From a virus, in the IMG/VR virus record IMGVR_UViG_3300034063_000844: a DNA stretch of 41,716 bases, one strand, 5' to 3'. The translations under genes and the position numbers were made by a program. The notes beneath the pieces were generated by a model. The model ran no database searches, was not told where the DNA came from, and was given only the letters and a program-made list of their open reading frames with translations. The first letter of the stretch is position 1. The number at the start of each line of letters is the position of its first letter. Of the stretch, positions 8,304 through 15,294 are shown piece by piece.

Positions 8304-9179
8304 TCAGTAGGTGTTTTGAGCTTTTACGTTCCCACCGTAACGAATGCGGTTGCCTTGACGTGGCTGCAAAATGGGTAGGCTGGGGGTTACAGCTCCTTCG
8401 CTGCACATGCGCAACCAGGCTTTCGCGTCGTCATAGCGCTTTACTCTTAATTCGGGGATATTACGGGGAGCAATTCTGCTGTGTAAATGGTAAAGACAAA
8501 TGTCAATGGTTACAGCCAGTAACTGTTGACTTCTTAAATCTCCTGGCGTCCAGTACCGGGTATCGGTCACGCTGGCAAATGCCGGAACGCTGTAATTCGA
8601 TACAAAGCTCCATTGTCCGGTGGTAGTGGCTGGGTCTAAGTTTGGCAGCGGAACATTCTCATACCTGCCGTACTGAAAGGCGCCGGCCGAACTTAAATTC
8701 ATGGATCCGGTAATGCACTTGTACACTTTGTTTTTCCAAAATACCAGGTCGCCGGCTTTGTAGTTATCGGTAAAGGAAAACTGCTGTTCAGGGTACTTTG
8801 CATAGAAAAGGGCATACTGCTTACCCAATAACTTCCATTTCGTGGCGTCAAATACGCCGGTAGTGGTTGCGGCTATACATTGGTAAATGTCGCCGTCTTT
8901 CAGGCATAGGTCGCCGTTTTTGTAGGTAGTAGCTGCCAGGTAGGTATCTGCATTGATATAGACGCGATTGCCGGCCTTGTAGGTAGCCAGCTGGCGATCC
9001 CATTCGTGAACTGGTTGCAGCTCGTCAGCAACGTCGTATTTCTGCACTAAGTATGCTTTCGCTTCCTCGACGGCTTGCAGCTCGGCAGTCTGAAGTACAG
9101 CTAAGTCGTTTCCGATTATCTGATTCAGGTTGTCAGTTTGTATCTGCTTTTTGTAGTCGGAAAAGATTAGGTAGCCCAT
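8304..9179 (-). CDS. Mu gp36/DUF1320-like head-tail adaptor with an inserted triple CBM5/12-like repeat
   Basis: The N-terminus (MGYLIFSDYKKQIQTDNLNQIIGND...AKAYLVQKYDV) and C-terminus (LLAVTIDICLYHLHSRI...RVKRYDDAKAWL) follow the DUF1320 pattern. The middle carries YKAGNRVYINADTY, YKNGDLCLKDGDIYQC and YKAGDLVFWKNKVYKC. Confidence 0.55.
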   Translation of the reverse strand: MGYLIFSDYKKQIQTDNLNQIIGNDLAVLQTAELQAVEEAKAYLVQKYDVADELQPVHEWDRQLATYKAGNRVYINADTYLAATTYKNGDLCLKDGDIYQCIAATTTGVFDATKWKLLGKQYALFYAKYPEQQFSFTDNYKAGDLVFWKNKVYKCITGSMNLSSAGAFQYGRYENVPLPNLDPATTTGQWSFVSNYSVPAFASVTDTRYWTPGDLRSQQLLAVTIDICLYHLHSRIAPRNIPELRVKRYDDAKAWLRMCSEGAVTPSLPILQPRQGNRIRYGGNVKAQNTY

Positions 9180-9212
9180 GGGTACTCCGATTGTACGCTA
9201 AAAATAAGGGGA

Positions 9213-9228
9213 AAAGTTTTAAAACTTT
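9213..9228. promoter_or_regulatory. Perfect 16-bp palindrome AAAGTTTTAAAACTTT (member of a recurring intergenic family)
   Basis: Read directly from the sequence. Related copies are listed in the findings. Confidence 0.5.
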
Positions 9229-9230
9229 GT

Positions 9231-9262
9231 TTTGTAAGCTACAATTTTTTAGAATATATTTG
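9231..9262 (+). promoter_or_regulatory. Bacteroidota-type promoter on the plus strand
   Basis: TTTG (9231-9234), a 20-nt spacer, then TATATTTG (9255-9262). This matches the -33 TTTG / -7 TAnnTTTG consensus. Confidence 0.5.
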
Positions 9263-9267
9263 TATCC

Positions 9268-9340
9268 CTTAAAAACACTCATTCCGGAACCTTAAAAAGA
9301 TGGAATGAAATATTACCCCCGGTTAATTCGGGGGTTTTTT
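9268..9340 (+). ncRNA. Candidate ~70-nt small RNA (promoter, two hairpins and a U-tract)
   Basis: Hairpin CATTCC (9280-9285) / GGAATG (9302-9307). Terminator CCCCCG-gttaatt-CGGGGG (9316-9334) followed by TTTTTT (9335-9340). No ORF. Confidence 0.35.
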
Positions 9341-9345
9341 ATGCA

Positions 9346-9376
9346 TAAAAAAAGGGCAGCTTTTTCAGGTCTGCCC
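9346..9376 (-). terminator. Rho-independent terminator ending the accessory cassette
   Basis: On the minus strand: GGGCAG-11 nt-CTGCCC followed by a run of T, about 20 nt after the stop at 9398. Confidence 0.7.
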
Positions 9377-9397
9377 AGGAACACACAAAACACAAAC

Positions 9398-9589
9398 TTA
9401 AAGCCCGTGTATCAGGGCAAATTTATTCACTTTTAATCTATTCAGCGCCGAAATTAGGTTGCCGTCTTTTGTTCTTTTGCTGAACAGCTCTATGAGGGTT
9501 TCAGCGCACTCCAGCTGAAAGTCGTTTTTACAGCTTTTTATAATAGCTGCAATCCAGTGGTATATTTCGTTGTCGTCCATGGGTGTCAT
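9398..9589 (-). CDS. Hypothetical small protein
   Basis: 63-aa ORF, the last gene of the cassette. Confidence 0.5.
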   Translation of the reverse strand: MTPMDDNEIYHWIAAIIKSCKNDFQLECAETLIELFSKRTKDGNLISALNRLKVNKFALIHGL

Positions 9590-9599
9590 AGTCTATGGT

Positions 9600-9707
9600 T
9601 TAGGAGTTAAAGTTTTCGTCGTCGTACCCGGTTTCCTCTTTGTCCAGTGTGAAATGGGCTACCAGGGTGACAATAAATAACATCATGGCTAAATATCCTT
9701 CTAACAT
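9600..9707 (-). CDS. Possible 35-aa membrane peptide
   Basis: Translation MLEGYLAMMLFIVTLVAHFTLDKEETGYDDENFNS. It fills the gap between two cassette genes. Confidence 0.3.
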   Translation of the reverse strand: MLEGYLAMMLFIVTLVAHFTLDKEETGYDDENFNS

Positions 9708-9726
9708 TTGATTAAGGTTTAATAGG

Positions 9727-10083
9727 TTAGAGAGTTGCTTTTTCAATGGCTGAAATTATTTGCTTGTACCACTGGCGGTCGTCGTCCATTCTTTTTGGGA
9801 GAGGGAGCTTTTTGCCAATTTCATAGGCGACCGAGCCTTTGTCAACTCTCTCAGGGTTGGCGATTATCTCTTTGAGAGCAGCCAGTAGCTCCGGGGCAGC
9901 GGCAATTAGTTTGGCGTTGGCCTGGACTTCCCATTGCGGCATTCCCACGCATGGAATTACTGAAGCAATATTTTGAGCGTTCAAAACTTTGTCTTCCAAA
10001 ATCAAAAATGGCTTTTGAACGGTGGTGGCGCCGGAAGTGTTGGGAACAGCAATCCATTTTCCGGGTGTGTGTTTTGTGTTCAT
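9727..10083 (-). CDS. Hypothetical phage protein (HTPGKW ... ANAKLIAAAPELL type)
   Basis: 118-aa ORF. The motif pair recurs in many phage proteins of unknown function. Confidence 0.6.
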   Translation of the reverse strand: MNTKHTPGKWIAVPNTSGATTVQKPFLILEDKVLNAQNIASVIPCVGMPQWEVQANAKLIAAAPELLAALKEIIANPERVDKGSVAYEIGKKLPLPKRMDDDRQWYKQIISAIEKATL

Positions 10084-10102
10084 GGTTACGGGTTTTATTT
10101 AT

Positions 10103-10543
10103 TTATAAAGTTCCATTTTCAGCAAAAGAGTAATATTCGTTAGCTGTAATGATAAAATGATCGTGTAGCTCAATGCTTAAAGTATTTAAGGCATTTTTTA
10201 CTTGATTTGTCAAATTTTTATCTGATACGCTTGGAAATATATTTCCTGAAGGGTGATTGTGGGATATTATACAACCTGTTGCAAGTGATTCAATAGCATA
10301 TTTGCAAATCAGCCTAACATCAACAACGCATCCGGTAATACCCCCTTGACCAATTTTTACAATACCTTTTAAGTTCAAATTCCGATTTAATAATATAAGC
10401 CATGCTGATTCATAAATTTCAATAGATCCGTCATTAAAACACAATTCACGGATCATAGCAGCTGCTTTTTCTGTTTGATTAAACTTTTCTGTTGGGGCTT
10501 CAGATACTTTTGTTTTTTCTAATTTATAATGATAATAATTCAT
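10103..10543 (-). CDS. radC: RadC-like JAB/MPN domain protein
   Basis: JAMM signature ISHNHPSGNIFPSVSDKNLT. Confidence 0.85.
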   Translation of the reverse strand: MNYYHYKLEKTKVSEAPTEKFNQTEKAAAMIRELCFNDGSIEIYESAWLILLNRNLNLKGIVKIGQGGITGCVVDVRLICKYAIESLATGCIISHNHPSGNIFPSVSDKNLTNQVKNALNTLSIELHDHFIITANEYYSFAENGTL

Positions 10544-10574
10544 GGTGTTTGTGTGTGTTGGTTAAAAAATTCAA

Positions 10575-10763
10575 TTATTTATAAAGCTCGTAACCCGCTT
10601 TAATTAAGATTGAAGCTTCGCGGTTTGTAACCACCCAAAAGCGGTTATCGTCGCCTAAAACAATGCTCCATTTGCCGGGTTAAATGCAGTGTGTTAAGCT
10701 GCTAAGGGCAAGGGAAAGGCTGAAATACTTGCTGGCTCTTTTAATAATTTCCTGTACAGTCAT
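10575..10763 (-). pseudogene. Small gene interrupted by an in-frame TAA (27 aa, stop, 34 aa)
   Basis: Translation MTVQEIIKRASKYFSLSLALSSLTHCI*PGKWSIVLGDDNRFWVVTNREASILIKAGYELYK. The TAA is at 10680-10682. The downstream half has no start codon of its own. Confidence 0.45.
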
Positions 10764-10783
10764 GGTTTTGTGTTTTTGTGTGT

Positions 10784-10860
10784 TTGTCATATTGACAAGA
10801 CAAATATAGTACAATATTTTATACTAAAAACTTTATTTAGGAAAGTTTTAGAACTTTTTT
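10784..10860 (-). promoter_or_regulatory. Promoter/operator block, paralogue of 21583..21659
   Basis: -7 box TATATTTG (revcomp of 10801-10808). Inverted repeats TAGTACAA/TTATACTA and GTCA-N3-TGAC. Degenerate palindrome at 10842-10857. 60/77 identical to the recT promoter block. Confidence 0.55.
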
Positions 10861-12300
10861 TTAATAGGATCGGTGCTTGGAAGTAGGATTTTTGCCGACA
10901 CTAATTTTAGTAGGCACCCCTCCTTTTTGATATAGAGTAAATTCAGCAGAAAACGCATAACAAAGCAAATAGTCCATAGAGTCTGAACAATGGCCATATC
11001 GCTCATAATTAACCCCTGTTTCGGGGTCTTTTTCTTTTATTTTGGCCTTAGTTCCGTCGCTGGCTTCCTTTAAATACATGAGGTCAGATATACTTTTGCC
11101 GCAATTATCGCCGATAATAATAGTTAGCCCCCCTGTATTGTGGGCAAAAACGCTGTTTATCCAGTTCCCACGCATAGCTACCGGGGGAGCAGCCTTAGCT
11201 ACCCGTAATGAAGGGCGGTATTTTGAGAGCGCCCGCTGGATAACCACGTAATCATTGTACCCCTTTTCGGTCCGGGTGTCTTCTTGCATGCCCGAAGGAT
11301 CGCCGTAAACAAATAAGCCGGCTGTATGCCCAGGGTAACGTCTTTCAAATTCCCGGCAAACGGCTTCGGTTCGGTTTTTAGGGCTGGGAAGGCAGATTTC
11401 ATCTATTTGCCGCGCTTGTTTCCCTTCCAGCTGCCAAATTGTGCAGGTTATATAAGGGTTGACGTTAAAGTCAAAAGAAATATGGAGTGGGAGAGAAGGG
11501 TTATAAACAACCTGGGCACTATTACGGCTACGATCAAACAATTTGTAAAAATTCCCACCGGTTTGCTTTCGTGTCCACAAACCTTTTGCGTATACGCTGT
11601 ATAAATAGGAATTTGTGTTTTTGTAGCCTTCGATTTGGGCTTTTACGGCATCCGGGAGCCAGCGGTTATCCTGGTAAACAGAATGGTGGACCGTTACGCT
11701 AAATGTAACTTTTCTGCCCTCAACTTCTATTTCAGTATTTGTTCGGTAAGAAAGATCTGTTTTTTTTTCAAAAAAACGCTTCCAAAACCAATTTTCTGTA
11801 TAATCACCCTCAATTTCCGGGTTAATTGAAAAATATTCCTGTAAGCAGTCAGCTTTTCCGGAACGAATAGTTAAAGATATTGTAGCAAAGTCTTCCTCTT
11901 CCGGGACATCTTCTTCATACCATACGCACGTTGGGTCTTTAATAGATTTTAAGCTATTCGGATCATCACCTCCCCGGGCAATAAACCGGTTCCCATTGGC
12001 ACAAATTATTTGCAGCGGCGCCACTTTAAAAGTAAACACGTCTTGCAAGCCCAGGGTTAAAATAGTTTGCTTTAAGTTTTCATAACTGGACTCTTGAATT
12101 GTGTTGTATTTGCGGCGGTATAAAATGCATTTAAAATACCTATGGGTAAGACAGTTGTAAACGAGCTGCTTTGCAATGTAATCTGACTTAGAAGATCCCC
12201 GGCTCCCGTAAAGTATAACGTACCGATCCCTGCATTTTGTAAGCGGGATAAACTTTTCGTTTATTAGCTTTTTCCAGCTTGGCCAGACTATTGTGATCAT
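10861..12300 (-). CDS. terL: Terminase large subunit
   Basis: Walker A-like YGSRGSSKS and a C-terminal nuclease-type region. The 479-aa ORF has an ATGA overlap with the upstream small subunit gene. Confidence 0.9.
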   Translation of the reverse strand: MITIVWPSWKKLINEKFIPLTKCRDRYVILYGSRGSSKSDYIAKQLVYNCLTHRYFKCILYRRKYNTIQESSYENLKQTILTLGLQDVFTFKVAPLQIICANGNRFIARGGDDPNSLKSIKDPTCVWYEEDVPEEEDFATISLTIRSGKADCLQEYFSINPEIEGDYTENWFWKRFFEKKTDLSYRTNTEIEVEGRKVTFSVTVHHSVYQDNRWLPDAVKAQIEGYKNTNSYLYSVYAKGLWTRKQTGGNFYKLFDRSRNSAQVVYNPSLPLHISFDFNVNPYITCTIWQLEGKQARQIDEICLPSPKNRTEAVCREFERRYPGHTAGLFVYGDPSGMQEDTRTEKGYNDYVVIQRALSKYRPSLRVAKAAPPVAMRGNWINSVFAHNTGGLTIIIGDNCGKSISDLMYLKEASDGTKAKIKEKDPETGVNYERYGHCSDSMDYLLCYAFSAEFTLYQKGGVPTKISVGKNPTSKHRSY

Positions 12301-12638
12301 GCGTGATCTTCATCAGGGTCAGAATGCAAAACTTTAATTGTTTTTTCAGTTACCTCTACAGATTGCTTTGCTTTTCCTTCTAACCGGTCTATAATTTCAC
12401 GGTAAGCTATTACGTCACCCCTTAAGGCTTTATTAATTAGCGCCATGTCCATTTGTTCGGCAACGCTAAAATCTTCTATATCCCCGGTAACTGGGTTTTT
12501 CTTTTTTTGGGTTAATTCTAAAATCCTGCGCAGCCTGGTTGTTGAATTTTGAACTCCTTTAGGTCGGCCTTTCGGGTTTCCAGATACCCCTTTTTTAAAA
12601 GGTTTTAACCCTTTTGTATTTCTTTTTACTGCTGCCAT
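12297..12638 (-). CDS. terS: Terminase small subunit candidate (DUF5681-like)
   Basis: Motif GNPKGRPKG. Located directly upstream of terL. Confidence 0.6.
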   Translation of the reverse strand: MAAVKRNTKGLKPFKKGVSGNPKGRPKGVQNSTTRLRRILELTQKKKNPVTGDIEDFSVAEQMDMALINKALRGDVIAYREIIDRLEGKAKQSVEVTEKTIKVLHSDPDEDHA

Positions 12639-12640
12639 AA

Positions 12641-12820
12641 CTACTCTGTTTTCACATTGTTTTTAAACCATTGTAAATAAATTTCATGTGCTATTTGGGC
12701 AATCATGATTGGAGGGACGCTCATTCCAATAAGATATTTAGGCTCTATGTTTAAAAAATTGTAATCAAGTGGGAATGTTCCGCATATTTTTATTAATTCA
12801 TCTGAGACTTGATTAGGGAG
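12641..12820 (-). pseudogene. Detached C-terminal segment (motifs IX-X) of the C5 methyltransferase, in the -1 frame
   Basis: An open 59-codon stretch with no start codon: LPNQVSDELIKICGTFPLDYNFLNIEPKYLIGMSVPPIMIAQIAHEIYLQWFKNNVKTE. GMSVPP corresponds to the GNSVPP motif X. Confidence 0.7.
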
Positions 12821-13695
12821 TTATAGTGAGTTATTTTTGCCCCTTCTGTGGCTGTTATTGTCGGGCAAATTGAATTTTTGGATAGTTTATATGTATTAAA
12901 AAAGCTTCCTTTAGGGTGTGCTGTACTAAAACTATTTCCCTCTTTTGTTAATACCCACCACTTTTTGTAAGCTTCTGATAATTCGTTTCCTATTAAATTG
13001 ATATTGTCTTTTTCAATTTCGTGAATAGTTATCGGCTTTTCATTAAATTTTAATTTTAATAAAGGGAAGTTTAAATCTTTCCGGGAACAAATAAAAAACA
13101 CTCGTTCACGTTTTTGGGGAACTCCCATGGAAGCAGCATTAAATAGGAATAGTTGGACATTATAGCCAGCGTCTTCAAATCCTTTTTTGATTTTATGGAC
13201 ATAGCTTTTAGCATTGCCTTGAATTAGCCCTTTAACATTTTCTGCAATTACTACTTTTGATTGCAGCTTTTTTGCCAAAGCAATGTAATCAAAAAACAAA
13301 TCGTCCAGGGTTTGCATAGCTTGGCCTTCGCGGAACAGCTTCTCCTTGCCCCAGTCCTTTTCCCGGTTCCCGGCCATAGAAAACGAACTGCAAGGGGGAG
13401 ATCCGTCTAAAATATCAAGGTGGAACAATTCATCTGGTAAATCATTACGTAAAACAAAATCTCTTATATCCTCATTAAATAAATATTTTGGGCTATGATT
13501 TTCTTTATAAACGTCAGCCACTTCAGGGTCAATTTCAACCCCCCCAAGGTGATTATATCCAGCTAATTTATATCCCATAGTGGACCCGCCGCCACAAATA
13601 AATGTCGAAAATATTTTCAAGTTGTTGGGCGTGATCCCTTTAGCAGGATAGCCGCTTGAAAGATTCCATTTAAAAGGGAAAATATGTTTACTCAT
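12793..13695 (-). CDS. dcm: DNA (cytosine-5)-methyltransferase, truncated before motifs IX-X
   Basis: Motif I FICGGGSTMGY, motif IV GSPPCSSFS, motif VI ENVKGL and motif VIII QKRERVFFI. The start is set at ATG 13695, an 8-nt overlap with the ParB-like gene. Confidence 0.85.
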   Translation of the reverse strand: MSKHIFPFKWNLSSGYPAKGITPNNLKIFSTFICGGGSTMGYKLAGYNHLGGVEIDPEVADVYKENHSPKYLFNEDIRDFVLRNDLPDELFHLDILDGSPPCSSFSMAGNREKDWGKEKLFREGQAMQTLDDLFFDYIALAKKLQSKVVIAENVKGLIQGNAKSYVHKIKKGFEDAGYNVQLFLFNAASMGVPQKRERVFFICSRKDLNFPLLKLKFNEKPITIHEIEKDNINLIGNELSEAYKKWWVLTKEGNSFSTAHPKGSFFNTYKLSKNSICPTITATEGAKITHYNSLIKSQMN

Positions 13696-14245
13696 TGCCA
13701 AGAAGTTTCCAGATTGCTTGTTCTGGTGTGGAAGCAATTTTAAGCAGCTGCCCCTTCACCTGGTTATATTCCGCTTCCGGATATTTCAGTTTTATGACCA
13801 TTTCAGAATCAAGGTCATCAATATCGATTTCCTTGTTTTTGTCGGAAAAATCATAATTGTTTTGGAAATTTGGAATTTCTAAACCCCATTCCGTTAACTG
13901 ATCCGAATCCCATTCGTTGGCTAACTCATCCCAATCCCATTCTCCAAAATTTACATTGTCTTTGATCAGGAATTTGTTTTTTTGATCTTCGGTCCAGTCG
14001 TCTGCAAGCATTACCGGAAGTTCCTTTAACCCAATTTCTTGGGCGGCTTTAAGGCGCATGTTTCCCCCTAAAACCACAAGCTTTTTGTCTTTATCAGTAA
14101 AGCATACCAACGGGCGCTTTTCAAGCATTTGAGGGAAGTCTTTTATTGACTGAAGCAGCTTATTAAACTTATCATCTTTTATAACCCTGGGGTTTTTTGG
14201 GTTAGGCTTGATCTGTGAAATTTTAACTGTACGAATAGCTGACAT
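13688..14245 (-). CDS. ParB-like nuclease domain protein
   Basis: N-terminal ParB/Srx pattern IKPNPKNPR...LGGNMRLKAAQEIG. Confidence 0.8.
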   Translation of the reverse strand: MSAIRTVKISQIKPNPKNPRVIKDDKFNKLLQSIKDFPQMLEKRPLVCFTDKDKKLVVLGGNMRLKAAQEIGLKELPVMLADDWTEDQKNKFLIKDNVNFGEWDWDELANEWDSDQLTEWGLEIPNFQNNYDFSDKNKEIDIDDLDSEMVIKLKYPEAEYNQVKGQLLKIASTPEQAIWKLLGNE

Positions 14246-14284
14246 TCTAAAAAATTTAAATAAAATTACAAAAAGTTTTAAAAC

Positions 14285-14665
14285 TTAGTTTTGATTATTC
14301 ATTTCTTTTAATTTCTCCTTGTAATACTTTTCAAGCTGGTCAATCTCAAACTGACCCCATTTAGCCGGTCTTTTGGAAGTGGCCTCCATTAAAGCCCACG
14401 TTTCCGGTCCGTATCTTTTGTTCATTTCGTCCCGGTAAACTTCCCTTTTGCCCCCCTCAAATCCGTTGCAAAGCTTACACTGGAGGTGGTTGTTTTTTTC
14501 GTTATACTTTGTGCCTTTGTGCTGCCGGCCAATACCGTGTCCGCAGTCACCTTTTTTCCAGTGTATAATTCGGTGGCAAGTGAAACATTTACCAAAGCCG
14601 TTTTTGTCTGAATCACGTCGGCGTATGTACTCGGAAAACGCCTTCCATAGCTTTTTGTCATTCAT
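14285..14665 (-). CDS. ninG: NinG/Rap-like recombination endonuclease
   Basis: Cys/His-rich pattern CFTCHRIIHWKKGDCGHGI...LQCKLCNG, typical of lambda NinG. Confidence 0.75.
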   Translation of the reverse strand: MNDKKLWKAFSEYIRRRDSDKNGFGKCFTCHRIIHWKKGDCGHGIGRQHKGTKYNEKNNHLQCKLCNGFEGGKREVYRDEMNKRYGPETWALMEATSKRPAKWGQFEIDQLEKYYKEKLKEMNNQN

Positions 14666-14668
14666 AGG

Positions 14669-14761
14669 TTACTTGTCAACGTTACGGTGAGTTGCTTCAT
14701 ACTTTCCAATCTGATAGACTAAAAAGCAGGTGGCAATAAAAAGAATTAAAAAGATTTTCAT
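14669..14761 (-). CDS. Possible 30-aa membrane peptide
   Basis: TAATG overlap with the upstream gene. Translation MKIFLILFIATCFLVYQIGKYEATHRNVDK. Confidence 0.3.
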   Translation of the reverse strand: MKIFLILFIATCFLVYQIGKYEATHRNVDK

Positions 14762-15282
14762 TAGTCTTGTTTTTCAAATTCAAGTGATAATTGGGCAGCC
14801 GGTGCTTTCTTTCCGTTCAAATACTCGATTACTTCATTTTGCAGGTTGGATATAATCGCTGCAAGCTCGTAGCTGTACTCATACCCGTTATGTTCGTCCT
14901 CCCACTTACAAAAAGGGCTGACAAGATTCAGTACACGGTTGTTGGCAAGCACGCGGCGGCCGATCAGGGTTACACCTTCGTGTTCATCACTTCCTCCAAT
15001 GGTGAACCCAGTTACTTTTAGCTTCGACAAGAGCTGGTGGGGTTGGTTAAACGCTTCCTCATAAGTGGTGATTTCAAACATGTTTTCCACTTGCTCGCAC
15101 AATACAGCAAGGTGTGGCTTTAGCGCGTCCAATGCTAATAGCAAATCATTGTGAGGTGACCAGGTGCATTTTTGCGCAGATTCAAATGTGAAGGTTTCGT
15201 TGTCTTCGGAAATGACTTTTTGCTCAAATTCAACTTCCAAATAACCTACACTGTTCAGTTTTGCTTTTTTGATTGTTTTCAT
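14761..15282 (-). CDS. Hypothetical early protein
   Basis: 173-aa ORF. Confidence 0.55.
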   Translation of the reverse strand: MKTIKKAKLNSVGYLEVEFEQKVISEDNETFTFESAQKCTWSPHNDLLLALDALKPHLAVLCEQVENMFEITTYEEAFNQPHQLLSKLKVTGFTIGGSDEHEGVTLIGRRVLANNRVLNLVSPFCKWEDEHNGYEYSYELAAIISNLQNEVIEYLNGKKAPAAQLSLEFEKQD

Positions 15283-15294
15283 GGGTGGGTTGTT

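Noticed and set aside
9316-9376. CRISPR-like or other repeat array in the 9.2-9.4 kb gap
   Set aside because: The region contains only two unrelated hairpins (back-to-back terminators). There are no spaced direct repeats, and no array-like structure was seen anywhere in the window.
10680-10682. Stop-codon reassignment (alternative genetic code) suggested by the in-frame TAA
   Set aside because: TAA, TGA and TAG each terminate many clearly delimited, tightly coupled genes in this genome. This is a single in-frame stop, so a nonsense mutation or sequencing error is far more likely.
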